39,502 nt of DNA from Thelocarpon superellum (taxonomy: Eukaryota): assembly GCA_026025795.1 (NCBI GenBank), contig JAPEUG010000128.1, positions 1 to 39,502 of the forward strand, in the 5' to 3' direction. Shown here in pieces: positions 1 to 11,526 of the stretch (the stretch's first letter is position 1; each line of letters starts with the position of its first letter). A model generated the notes under the pieces. The model had not been told where the DNA came from. It saw only the letters and a list, made by a program, of their open reading frames with translations, and searched no databases. Made by a program: the position numbers and the translations under genes.

Positions 1-1538
1 TTTTCGTCGTCCGAGATGGGCAAGATGCTAGCGAACCAATACGGAAAACAGGCGGGGTCGTCCGGGAGGTCTCCGTAGGCTGCCAGGACTCGTTCGTGTA
101 ACCATGGCGCCGAGCTGGCTTGCATGCGCGTGACAAAGGTGACGCCGATGCGGAGGAGCGCCGTGGTGGAGAGTCGATCGATCTGTCCGATGACGTCGTG
201 GGCGGGAACGGGGGCCGCGCTGGTCTCGGCCGCTTCCAGTTGCTCCTCGTCGGCCATGGACATGTCGTCAAAGCGCGTGACGTTGGCCACGGTGTATCCG
301 TCCCGCAGCCCCCAGTCGTTGACCTTGAACCGCGACACGCCTACGGTCTCGATCAGACTCCGTCCGTCGGGCATCATCTCGATGTTGATGATATGCAGCA
401 GCGTGCCGTATTCCATAAACTGCACCGTCCCGAGGCCACCCTGTTCCTCACCCCGCCGATTGTACATCATCATGCCAAACTTGCGATTGCCGCAATCCAC
501 CGCGCGTCGCAGCATGAGCCGGTATCGTGGCTCGAAGACGTGGAGGAAGGTGGGCATCGAGGGGAAGGACAAGGCGCAGATGAATAGCGGCGTGTCCAGC
601 TCTCCCACGGCACTGGCCTCTTCCTTGGCCACCGCCTCCGCCCGGGCGGCCAGGAGAGTCGGACACAGGCCGATCAAGAGTTCGGTCAAGGCTTTGTTGC
701 TCGGCTCCATGGCCAGCGACGCTGGCACCTCTAATGAGCGGCGACAGATCGGACAGATGCTCGAATGATCCAAGACGCGTTGCAGGCATTTGCGACAGAA
801 GGTGTGTCCACATGGCGTCGTCAGCGGATCCAACATCAAGCCATAGCACACCTGACAGTCGAGTTCGCTGCGTGTCGCCTCTTTGAGATGTTGGAGAATG
901 GCAACGTCAAGGTACGGATACTCGTCGCCGATGTCCGACATGGTCTGGTATTTCACCTCGGACTCATACGAGAGCTCGCCCATCTCCGCGAAGATGAAGG
1001 CCGCCACCAACCGGCCACCATGGAGCACTCGCGACCTAGCGACCCGCTCTTGGCCGGTCGCAGCGTCGATCGCCGCCGCCGGCAGCTCCTCCTGCACGAG
1101 CAGCGGGGCATCGCTGGTGACGGGCCGGTATCTGGCGATCTCGGCACTGACGACATCCATGACCTTGCTGAGGGTGACGTCCAAGTTGCAGTCGGCCAGG
1201 GAGTGTTCAGCGGCGCAGTCGGTAAAGGGGCATCGTACAGCCTGTTGCCGACCCGAGAGGTTGGGGTACGACACGTTTTCGCGCAGGTACGCCTCGGGCA
1301 GACAGGTGCGACAGAGCGAGTTGCCACAGGGCAGGGTGACGGGCGCCTTGAGGGGATAAGAACAGTGCCGACACTGGACCAAGCGGACCACGGCGCGTGC
1401 ATCTCGATGGGCGTCGAGGCCTTGGAGCGCGCTGCTCTGCGCCTGAGGGGCCTGGTCACCCATCAGCTCGCTCGTATCGGACCGCGGCGAACTCGAAGGC
1501 CCCTTCCGACCGACCAACTCCGACTGGGCCGGCGTCAT
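1..1538 (-). CDS. RING-finger + LON peptidase N-terminal domain protein (CrgA/LONRF-like); C-terminus runs off the window start
   Basis: Manual minus-strand translation (absent from the ORF track because no stop falls in the window). One open frame carries two RING motifs (CRHC...PVTLPCGNSLCRTC; CQVC...PLTTPCGHTFCRKC...CPICR) and the LON-N motifs FPSMPTFLHVFEPRYRLM and PDGRSLIETVGVSRFKV. First in-frame ATG is at 1538, with an alternative at 1463. The frame stays open to 1709, so the start is uncertain. Confidence 0.9.
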   Translation of the reverse strand, partial: MTPAQSELVGRKGPSSSPRSDTSELMGDQAPQAQSSALQGLDAHRDARAVVRLVQCRHCSYPLKAPVTLPCGNSLCRTCLPEAYLRENVSYPNLSGRQQAVRCPFTDCAAEHSLADCNLDVTLSKVMDVVSAEIARYRPVTSDAPLLVQEELPAAAIDAATGQERVARSRVLHGGRLVAAFIFAEMGELSYESEVKYQTMSDIGDEYPYLDVAILQHLKEATRSELDCQVCYGLMLDPLTTPCGHTFCRKCLQRVLDHSSICPICRRSLEVPASLAMEPSNKALTELLIGLCPTLLAARAEAVAKEEASAVGELDTPLFICALSFPSMPTFLHVFEPRYRLMLRRAVDCGNRKFGMMMYNRRGEEQGGLGTVQFMEYGTLLHIINIEMMPDGRSLIETVGVSRFKVNDWGLRDGYTVANVTRFDDMSMADEEQLEAAETSAAPVPAHDVIGQIDRLSTTALLRIGVTFVTRMQASSAPWLHERVLAAYGDLPDDPACFPYWFASILPISDDE

Positions 1539-3247
1539 CGGTCGCGTCGCTGGTAATGGCTCACTCAGGAGCAGATTGCGGCGGGTGGACGGCTGACGCC
1601 ATGTAGGAAGGGTGGGTAAGAACGGAGGCCAGTCCGGATGTAAGGCTCGTCGAGCAAAGGGCCTGATCGGGCCAAACGGGTGAGATTCGTCGAGGACGGC
1701 CGAAGAAGGTCAGTCGTCAAGACGACACGATGGGTGGGTGGATGTGGTCGACAGGCAATTGATGCAGTGCACGCTAGCGACTGGCAGGTGTGGCAGAGAT
1801 CTTAGTCTCACGACGGACGACCTGGAAATGTCGACGACACCATCTGTCACGTTGGGTCGGGTCAAGGTACCAAGGTACAAGTCCTCGTGCAACGGTCCGT
1901 CCTTGCGTAGCCAGCCAGGACTACTCCTCGCCACGTTGAATCGCACGCAAGTGGCCAGCAGGACGCCAGGAGCAAGATGCACCGACGGGACGTCGAACCG
2001 ATGGTGATCGTTCTGGTTTCGTATGGAATGCTTGCTGGACACGAGGCCGTCAAGGCTCGAGTGCGACGGTGATGGCGGTATAAGGCAGACGCTCTGGTGC
2101 AAACATGGGCCCTAGATGGCGCTACGGAGCTCGCAGCAACCGTCGCGCCGGCCGGGCGAAAAAAGGAGGGGTGATGACGAGACCTGCATGATCCATCCAT
2201 GATCCGCGGACCCTGGCGCCCCGGCTCCCGGGGCACATTCCCTTCCCACCACGCACCTATGAGTAGGTACGGGGACCTAGTCCAGCCATTTGGTGCCATT
2301 TGGTGCTACTCCTACTAGGATAAGTGTCACTAACATACCACTTAGTACAGGAGCGGTAGGAAGTGCTTCGTACCTACTCGTACAGCGGTGCAAAGTCCGT
2401 GTCTGCACGGCTATCGGGCCCACCGCTCGCTTGACCAACTCCTTCCGGCCGAAAGTTCTCGCTGGCCAGCACAAGGGTCGCGGTCAAGTCCCCACGACCG
2501 CGTGCCCCTCTGCTACCCCACGGCGACGCAGGTATCGGTACCCATGCGGCGGCGGAGACCCATCGCCTCCCGCCGGAGCTCGGCACTAAATCGACGGGGA
2601 TCTAGTGGCGGCGGAAACTACGATACCCATGACAGATCCCGATTAACGGCGATCGAGATTCGGCAGGCATCGGTCGCAGCCGCAGACCAGGGCGGCAGAT
2701 CAGGCTATCTGGCAATATGCACCAGCGGCGTCGAATGCACTAGCGCACCGTATTGATCGCGGACGCGGCCTTGAGCAGAGGCCGGCAGAGTATTGGAGTC
2801 TGAAGAGATTCATCGCCCTTCGGCGCTCTCAGTCGTCCGGGGCGGGTAGACCTTGTCATCGTTGCGTCAACTCTGCCCCCGGGCGGCACCCGCCCCACCC
2901 ACGATCGATCGGAAACTCTCTTCCATCCAAAACCACGTGAATTCCACCATAGACATATTGCCGCCGGATGACCCGTGCTTCGTGCACTCTCGTGCTTGTA
3001 GATCCGTTCCATCTCAACCGCCATGTCCATTTCCATCTCCATCTCCAGTGCCCCTTCCGTGTCCGTTCCATTCCATTCCCATCTCCAGTTCCATTCCCAA
3101 CGCTCCTAGATGCAGATGCGCAGTCATGCGACGTGTCGCGGTAATCGCTCAGACGTAAAATACAGGGTAACAGGGCCACGATTAGAGTATCCAGGTGAGC
3201 CGGGCGCGAAACAGCATCCATCACGTGCACATCGACCCCGGCCCTCC

Positions 3248-6200
3248 TCAACTGCTTTCGTCGCCTGGACCCACCGCCGCCTCCGTCAGCTCCTCGTCCG
3301 ACTCCTCGTCCAGCACCAAGCGTCGCATCACGCTCTTCTCGAACAAGTCGATTACAAAGCGTCGCACTGGCAGCCGGTAGTGATGCCCATCCAACGCCAG
3401 CATGACCTTGCGGAAGAGCCGCGGCTCGCGGAAGCCCGGCGGCCTCTTGGCTTTGATGCTGCAGCGCCAGATTAACGTCGGTGTCACGCAGTGCGCTGTG
3501 CGCTGTGCACTGTGCACTGTGCGGACGGCCACTTACTGCATCAGGTCAGACACGGCCTTCTTGGTCAGCACCGTGTTTCCCAGGTCGACGACCAGCTCGA
3601 GGATCCGCGCGTTGACCGAGTCGCGTTCTGCCTCCGGCCCCGGTCCACCGTGGCTGCTGCTGACCTCGTGCGCAAGTTCGGCCTTTGCGGACCACGGCTT
3701 GATCTATGTGCATGCGTTAGTTACCATCGCATCGCTACCCGTGTGCTCACGCCCGCGCCCACGCTCACGTACCGAGAAGAGACGGCCCAGATGCAGCGGG
3801 ATGCAGAGGCCCAACGACAGGCCCATACGCGTCGTCGCCCCATCCCACTCATATTCGTCGAGAATCTCCAGCCCATGGAGACTCTGTGAGATGAGCCCCA
3901 GCGCGAAGAAGGCCGTGCCGCGGAGTGTCATCACCTCCGCCTGCTCCGCAATCTGCACGATGGACTGTACCACGTCGGACTCTTCGAGGAAGGGCGCGCC
4001 GAGGTCCATCGAGCCCACATTGCCCACGGCCCAGAGGCACCCCTTGACCTTGACGATCGTCTCGGCGTCGTCGTCGTCCATGTGGTAGTCGGCGATCGTC
4101 GCCACGAACTCGTCAAAGTGGCCCTTCTCCTTCAGCAGCCGGCACCCCTCCGTCGTGCGCGTCAGCTCGCGGTAGAAGTGCGGCGGCGCTGCGCCTTGTG
4201 CCTCGCGCTCCCACGCGTCGTCGTGCTCCCGCCGCGCCCGCTCCGATGTCTGGAAGGCCCGTGCCATCGACGCCTCCACCAGCGTGACGTAGGTGTCGTT
4301 GCGTCCGAGGAACCAGTCGTCCATCTCCTGCTCGATGTAGTCGAGGTCGTTCAGGTAGTGATAGCCCGTCGACGTCGACAGGAAGCGCAGGAGCAGCGGC
4401 GCCCCAATCTCTCCGAGATGATCCAACGCTGGTCGGCACTTGACCACGTATTCCAGGCACGACGTCGCGTTGCACGCCTCCTCGAGGATCTTGACCGCCG
4501 TCTCGCACACCTCGACGTCGGGATCGTAGAGCTGGGTCACGAGGAGGCGGATGGCCCACTCCGACGTCGACGTCCCCCACGTTCCCGGCCCCGTCGTCGA
4601 TGGCGGCGAGAAGGTGGTGGCGTACTTGCGGAGCAGCAGCGTGGCGAAGATGCGGATGTCCTTGGTCGAGGCCGTGAGCGCCTTGGACAGCATCACCCGA
4701 AAGTGGCTGTCCAGCGAAAAGTCCATGTTGCCCAGCAGCGTCTTGATGAGGTCCGCGCGCTTATCGAGCTCGATGATATGGTAGCACATGTTGATCATCT
4801 TCCACCGTTCCAGCATCAACAAGCCCTTGGGGTCGCTGCCGAGTACCCCGAGGATGGCAAAATATCCTCCGCTCAGCGTCTCCGCGAGTCGTGTCGCCGA
4901 GAACAGCGGCGAGATGGACGTCAGGCCGCTCATGTGATCCAGCTGCGCCAGACATTCGGCCAGCTGCCGGAGGAGCTTGTTCTCCACTAGATACTTGACG
5001 CCTTCGGGCGTCTGCAGCAGCGTATGGATCAGCGTGCAGCCGATCCGCACATAGCGCTGGTTGGGTTTCGTGTTCTTCACGTCCGCGAAGCGATATTTGA
5101 AGGGCCGGTAGAAGCCGACGACGCGCTTGAGGAATTTGGTCGCTTTGATGGCCTCGTCCAAGCGCTTAGGGTTCAGCAGCGGGCCTTCCGAGATCTCCTG
5201 GAGGACGTCCCATCGCCACTTGGCGTAGTTGGCCGTGCTCAGCACCTGGCTGTCCAGCATGAGGGTGCGGAACTGGGCCTCGTCGATCTGCGAGCTGGTC
5301 TTGGATTTGGCCTCCGCCGGCCGGGGCGCGTCGCGTGCGTCCACCCCGTCGATGTGCCGCACCGGCGGTAACGGTCCGGCCCCAGAGCGCTGCAGGGTGC
5401 GGCTCACGCTGTCGATCTGGTACACCGTGTTGGCTGCAAGGAATCGTGTGTCCGCGCTAAAGTTTGACGCCGAGGCAAATAGCTGGGGCAGCATCTGGAT
5501 CTTGGCATTATGGGTGCTGGGCAGCATCCAGCTGGCCATCTTTAAGATCTCGCTCAGCAGGAGCGTGGCTTTGCGTTTCAGTACGGGCTCTGGGTTGTGG
5601 TCGAGGAGCTGCAATAAGGTCTCGAGGAGACCCGACTCCAAGAAGACGGCCAGCACCAGGGCCAAGTAATGTTCAATTAAACTGGGCTGCCGATTCGTCT
5701 CCTCGCCCGAGGATGGCGTGGCATGGGCCGAGGATTCGGACTGAAGGTTCGCCACCCGGCCATAGGTCGTGAGCCGCCTCCCGGCGAGAAACGAGGACGA
5801 CCATGACGGGGGTTTGATGCGTAGGATCTCGAATAGGAGCTCGAGAACAGTGTCGCGGACCTGGGATTCGGGAAACTGCAAGGACGCCACCAGCGATCGG
5901 ATGGCGCGGAAGTCGTACATGGACAGCGCCATGAGACCGGTCCAGGTCTTCATCATGGCCGCGATGACCCTTGCGTTCGCTTTGATCTTCTCCGCCGACC
6001 CGCGCGAGGCGAGGGAATCGGTAAACGCGGAGAAGACCACCTCAAGTCCATGGCCCGCGCGGAGAAAGACTCGGGTGCCAGGCATGTCGAGAAGGAAGAG
6101 AAAGGCCATGACGAGACTCGGCGAGGCCTCGTACGTGCCGTCGCCTAGCACCTCCGTCAACGGTCCGACCCCCCCGGCGGAAAGGAGCAGGGTTGGATCG

Positions 6201-7400
6201 CGAATCACTACGCCCCGCTCGTCAGCGTCGCTTTCCCCCTGCAGCGACGTCCAGGGTCGTAATACGTACAGATCTCTGCCAAGGTCTCGATGCAGATGCT
6301 TCGCAGTCGGTCTTCGCTGTGTTCGGCCACGGCGACCATCGTCCGCACAACCGCCCGCGAGACTTCCTTCACCCCATTCTTGACGTCTAGGAAGGCGCGG
6401 ATGAACTTCAGCGCTTGCTCACGCTCAACACTGGCCTTGCCTTCTTTGACGAGCGAGCTACCGCACCGAATGACACGTCAGCGCCGCTGGATGGACCGGC
6501 GCGTCACGAGTGGGCCACTTACAGTGTCACGAGATAGTCGGTGTTCAGATTTCGGATGGTTTGTAGCGAGCTACGATCGGTGATGGCGTACCGGGCAACT
6601 CGATAGCCGGCAGCGACGACTTCCTTACTTTCGCTGAGGAGCATCGTCTGGACGCGGAGACCGAAGACGGACCAGGCGAGGTCATATTTGAGGGTGGGAT
6701 GACGCTTGAAGAGCTCGACCAGATTGTTGGATCGCTCGACGTAGTAGTCTGGCTGGAGCCCCTCGGCCTCCAACGACTGCAGGATTTCGGCCAGCGCGTA
6801 CGTAGGTGATTCCGTCTCCTCCTCGTCTTCTTCGTCGGATTGGTGGTGGGCGACGGTGGCCATGTGTGTGGGCGAGGCGCGCGACGGGCTGTTGCGAAAC
6901 AAGGTGGACATGCGCGCTCGCGGGGGTGTGGCGGGCTCCTTGGGCCGGCGCAACTCCTCGATCTGCGACTGCAATTGGCCGATCTTGCGGTTGGACGAAT
7001 TGAGCTCCAATTCCACCTTGGAGCGTTGTTCCTTGGTCTGCTTGGCCTTCTTCGTGTTCAAAGCCTCGAGCAGATTCTCGCTGCCCTCCTTGATCTTCAT
7101 CTCCCGGTTGAGCTTCTCGCTCAGCACGGCCAAGATGCGCTCCGACGCCGTCTTCCCATCCTCTTCCCCCAGCTCAGCGCCGAAGATGGAGGCGCCATCC
7201 GGGCGCGGGGTGGCGGCCCGCGAGGACATGGTCGAGCGTAGGTCGGAGCTGAAGCTCCCGGGCGCGGCGGAGACGGCAAGGGAGGGGTTTCGGGCGCTGA
7301 ATGCCATACTGGAGTTGGAGAGCGAGCGGCCGCCGGGCCCCACCCGGGGGGGCTGCAATCCATCGCGCTCGCCCGGGAAGCCGCCCGGATGGTTGGACAT
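3248..7400 (-). CDS. ste20: TORC2 subunit RICTOR / Ste20 (S. pombe) / Avo3-Tsc11 with N-terminal HR1 domain, ~1292 aa
   Basis: Exons 7400-6523, 6457-6270, 6207-3773, 3703-3537, 3458-3248, all GT-AG with branch sites (3879 nt). HR1-like coil EKLNREMKIKEGSENLLEAL. Rictor motifs SSFLAGRRLTTYGRV, LLVTQLYDPDVEV, APLLLRFLST, PPHFYRELTRT, VKGCLWAVGNVGS, TLRGTAFFALGLIS. Confidence 0.95.
3491..3523. repeat. Short 7-bp tandem repeat (GTGCRCT) x~4.5 in the last RICTOR intron
   Basis: gtgcgct gtgcgct gtgcact gtgcact gtgcg lies inside intron 3459-3536. Confidence 0.8.
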
Positions 7401-8503
7401 GGAGCGCGAGGGGGGGCCGCGGCAGAGTAAGGGTAATCTAGCTCGACGACGTCGTCGTCGTCCCGGATTCAAGCCAGGCTCAGAAGACTCCACCACCCCA
7501 CCATCCCATCGGCGCTGGGGCAGTCAACCTCGAGGGAACGTGGGACATCCACGGCGGCAGGGCAGCGTCACGACGCATAGAGGCGTGAGGTCACGTCCCA
7601 GCTGGGGGTCGAGAGCAAGGCGAAGCTGGGGCCTCGGGTGCAATCTGTAGGGCTGGAGGCCAGGTGCGCCCGTGGAGTGGGATTGGAGGAGGCACAGCAA
7701 GCGAGAGCTCGAGCGAATGCCCAGGTCGGATTGCAGCAGGATGGGCTCTCCAGCCGTCATCCGCCGATTCGACGAGTCCAAGGAGTGAGGGCGGACTGCG
7801 GTTCGGCCTGTGAGTTGGCAGGAGCACGGGAATGTCGAGGAACTGTGCGTGGATGTGAGGTCATCCAGCTTGATCAAGAGAATAGCCGCGCCTGCCCGTC
7901 ACTCCTGAGGCTGTCGGCATCTTCCGCTCTGGCGCCAAGCTGCTTTCGACGGCGAGTCGATAGCGGTGGGAGCACCGATCACCGATGGCGTCCCCCCAGT
8001 ATCATAGTATGAGCGCTCGTGCCTGTATCTAAATCGAGGTCGAGCTATCTAATATCCAGTTCGGAATGTTGTCGCTCTCAACTCTATCATGAGATTCCTG
8101 GCCAGGTCGATGTGAGTATCGGACAAAGCATGGGTGATCTGACGCAGTTTGGGTGTAAACTCGGTCATCAGCCAAGGTTTACCGGCGAGGCTACTGGACC
8201 AATCTGGTCCCAGGGCTGCCTCGCGAACGGCGCACGACGGGAGACTACTGCAGCAAAGCAAGCTCTAAGTCGCCTGCAGGACATGTCCGATAAGGGAGCG
8301 TGGAGACATGAGGCTCCAGCGGGGTACTGGCCGTCCATCTGATCCACAGGTGGGCATTGGCTTTTACACTCTATCGTTGCAGACTTACGAAGTCATCATC
8401 GTTGTCGTTATCCGTGCTATTCCTCTATTTATACTCGTGTGACGAGAGCGGGTCGAGAGCGAGAGCATCGATAGCAGGCCCGCCAGCCACGACATCCAGC
8501 GCC

Positions 8504-9517
8504 ATGTCGCGACTCTCGTCAGCACGATACGGCAAAGAAAATGTGCGCGTTTGCAAGGTCCTCCGCGACCACGAGACGGGGAGTCAGAGCGTGGTGGAGA
8601 TGACCGTCTCCGTCCTGCTCGAGGGTGAGATCGATGCCTCGTGGGTCCCACTGTGGCAAGTGGCGAGTGTACGGTCGAGAGGTCTGACCATGACGTGGGC
8701 AGGTACACCGAGGCAGATAACTCCTGCGTCGTGGCGACCGACTCGATCAAGAATACCACCTACATCGTAGCTAAACAGAATCCCGTCACTCCTCCGGAGC
8801 TCTATGCATCGACGCTGGGAAGCCATTTCATCGAGACCTACCCGCATCTCCATGTGGCGACGGTCAAGGTGGTCACCCACCGCTGGACCCGCATGACCGT
8901 GGGCGGCAGCCCGCACCCTCACTCCTTCTTCCGCGATGGCGCCGAGACTCGTGACGTCGAGAGCGTGGTGCGCCGAGGCCAGGGCATCACGATCCAGTCG
9001 GCCATCGCTGGGTTGTTGGTGCTCAAGAGCACGGGCTCGCAGTTCCATGGCTTCATCCGCGACGCTTACACCACGCTGCCAGAGACGCGTGATCGCATCT
9101 TGAGCACCGAGGTCGATTGCAGCTGGACCTGGGCCCGCTTCGCTGGAATTGACGCTGTCCATACCGCGTCTCCCAAATTCGACGTCGCGTGGGAGGACGT
9201 TCGGAACATCACGATGCAGACATTCGCCCGCGAGGATAGCGCTAGCGTGCAGAACACCATGTATAAGATGTCCCACCAGATCCTGGCTGAAGTGCCCGAT
9301 GTCGATGCGGTCCAATATTCGCTCCCCAACAAACACTACTTTGAAATTGGTGCGTTGGTCGCCTCCGCCTACCCACGGCTCCTGCTAATTCATCGCATTA
9401 GATCTGAGCTGGCACAAGGGACTGAAGAACACCGGCGCGGATGCGGAAGTATATGCCCCACAATCAAGCCCCAATGGACTGATCAAGTGCACCGTCAGCC
9501 GAGACGTGGCGGCTTGA
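8504..9517 (+). CDS. uaZ: Urate oxidase (uricase), 299 aa
   Basis: Exons 8504-8640, 8703-9349, 9402-9517 (900 nt). Motifs YGKENVRV, YTEADNSCVVATDSIKNT, LLVLKSTGSQFHGFIRDAYTTLPETRDRILST, SASVQNTMYKM, LPNKHYFEIDLSWHKGL, PNGLIKCTV. Confidence 0.97.
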
Positions 9518-9578
9518 TGGCCAGTAAACACTTGTAGGAGGCACCCGGAGACGATGTGAAACCATCGCTGGACCAATG

Positions 9579-10340
9579 CTATACCAATTTTACTCCCGAA
9601 AGCGCGGCTTTGACCTCCGGCGCCTCCGTAATGCTCTCCTTCTGATCCGGCATGGTCTTGACCACGTTTTCTTTGAAAGGATGCGCAAGACCCTCAAAGG
9701 CTATCCAAAAATGAATCAGCCATGCTCTCCAAGGCCCCCACTCATTGGTCAGCACTCAGCGCTCAGCACTCACCCTTCAAACGCGCCAAGCGCTTATCCC
9801 GTAACCGGTTCTTGGGCAGCATGCCCGACACGGCCCTTCGCAGCACCTCGGCACCCCCCCACTTGGCGAACATCCCATCCATCGTAATCTCCTTCAACGA
9901 GCCCGGTCGCGTATTATGACGATAATATTTTTTCTGCTCGCGCTTCTTGCCCGTCGTGTGTAGATCGTGACATCCTACCGCGACGACATAGTCGCCGCAA
10001 TCCGCTGTCACGCACGTCAGTTGCATGCCGGCAGAGTATCCGGATCGGAGAAGGAGGGAAAGGGTATTTGTATCTAAAAAGGTGCAGAAGGGTGACTGGA
10101 TCAGAAAACGGCGCCCTACTGCTAGGATCCCAGATCGGCTTATGCTTGCCCATCAGCGCGATGGCAATCTGCGAGGCGATGCGACCCAGCGGTCGCGTGT
10201 CGGAGCTGACGTCGATGAGATGCCATGCGCGGCTGTAGGCCAATTTAGTCTGTCTCCGAACATCGTGGATCAGCATTCTCGTCATTCTCGCAGCTGATGG
10301 ATTGGTAAGGCAATCATACCTGGCCTACGGTCTGCGACAT
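9579..10340 (-). CDS. mrpl23: Mitochondrial ribosomal protein uL13m (MRPL23), 167 aa
   Basis: Exons 10340-10320, 10249-10120, 10004-9774, 9700-9579 (504 nt). Reads MSQTVGQTKLAYSRAWH, LGRIASQIAIALMGKHKP, DCGDYVV, RRAVSGMLPKNRLR. Confidence 0.95.
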
Positions 10341-10560
10341 GATGCCCTCGGGTGCCTTGATGGGGTACGTTGTAGGAAATGTCTAGATGGTTACGCATAC
10401 GGAGCTCGTCCGTCGCGATGCGAGGAATTCTATGACGGCGGCGGAACTTGCCGCTGACAAATTCAAGCCGACCACCCCCTCGTTCCCGATATCAATGACA
10501 GTTGTGGTGCCCGGCTTCTGGTCGGCCACGTCCAGAGTGCCACTGGCGGACGGACCGATC
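10341..10560. promoter_or_regulatory. Probable bidirectional promoter between mrpl23 and ccs1 (220 bp)
   Basis: Divergent ATGs at 10340 (-) and 10561 (+). Inferred from geometry only. Confidence 0.55.
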
Positions 10561-11526
10561 ATGATCCCTTCCTTTCAAGTACTCCAGGTCATGATGTGGT
10601 GCAGAGTTCTTGTGGCTGATCTCACGGACAGACTACATTTGCAGTCGCTCTAAGCTGCGACAGCTGCCTTGAAGATGTTACCACCTCCTTACACAAGCTC
10701 CATGGTAGCTCTAGCTGTCGCTGGATCTGGCGACACTGTCCACTGACACTCGACCTCACAGGTGTGTCCGAGGTGGACGGGAGCGTATCAGGCGGCTTGA
10801 TCTCCGTCCAGGGCACGGGTCAGTCGCCATCCATTGTCCACATCCCGGATCCCACGCTCACTTGGGGTTAGCTGCGCCGTCGGCCATCGTGGCTGCCATT
10901 CAGGCCACGGGACGGGACGCCATTCTCCGAGGCAGTGGCGCGGCGAATAGTGAGTGCTTACGAACTTGCCATCCGCTCTCGATCCCAACCTGAGGGCTTC
11001 CACAGGCGCCGCCGTCTGCATTCTTGAGACCTTTTCGACCCATACCCCAGGTCGAGTGTGCGGCCTGGCTCGCGTGGTTCAGGTTGCGCCCTCCTTGACG
11101 CTCGTGGATCTCACAATCGAAGGGGTATCACCGGGGTCATACCAGGCGACCATCCGCGAGACGGGCAATATCATAGACGGACCGTCGTCGCTCGGTGATA
11201 TATGGAGAGGCGACGGCATAGAGGCGGCATCCAGCCGTCCACCGCGTGGAGTGCTGGGGTGGGTGAGCGTGGATCTGCATGGGAAGGGCAGTGTGCTATT
11301 GGACCGACCCATGAACACATGGGAGATCATTGGCAGAGGCATGATGCTGTCTAAACCGCATGAGCTTCTCCAAGGGCAGCATGGCTCTGAGCATGAGGCC
11401 GACGTGTTGATCGGTGTGGTCGCGCGCAGCGCGGGGGTGTGGGAAAACGACAAGGCCGTGTGCTCGTGCTCGGGTCAAACAATATGGCAAGAACGAAAGG
11501 AGCATGTGGACAAAGGGGTCCGATAG
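10561..11526 (+). CDS. ccs1: Copper chaperone for Cu/Zn superoxide dismutase (Ccs1/Lys7), 248 aa
   Basis: Exons 10561-10578, 10632-10704, 10762-10818, 10872-10949, 11006-11526 (747 nt). HMA domain FAVALSCDSC, then APSAIVAAIQATGRDAILRGSG, SOD-like domain, and C-terminal GVVARSAGVWENDKAVCSCSG. Confidence 0.95.

Noticed and set aside
120..1556. Long + strand ORFs (120-587, 124-768, 765-1556) and similar antisense ORFs over RICTOR, GPR89, Usp and Atg15
   Set aside because: Antisense shadows of GC-rich real genes on the other strand, with no independent motifs
3008..3100. Degenerate (TCCAT/TCCATC)n tract
   Set aside because: Ordinary low-complexity sequence downstream of the RICTOR stop; not a spacer-repeat array
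7900..8503. Search for a UaY site (TCGG-N6-CCGA) upstream of uaZ
   Set aside because: No exact match found by eye; only scattered GATA motifs (e.g. GATAAG at about 8290), which are expected by chance
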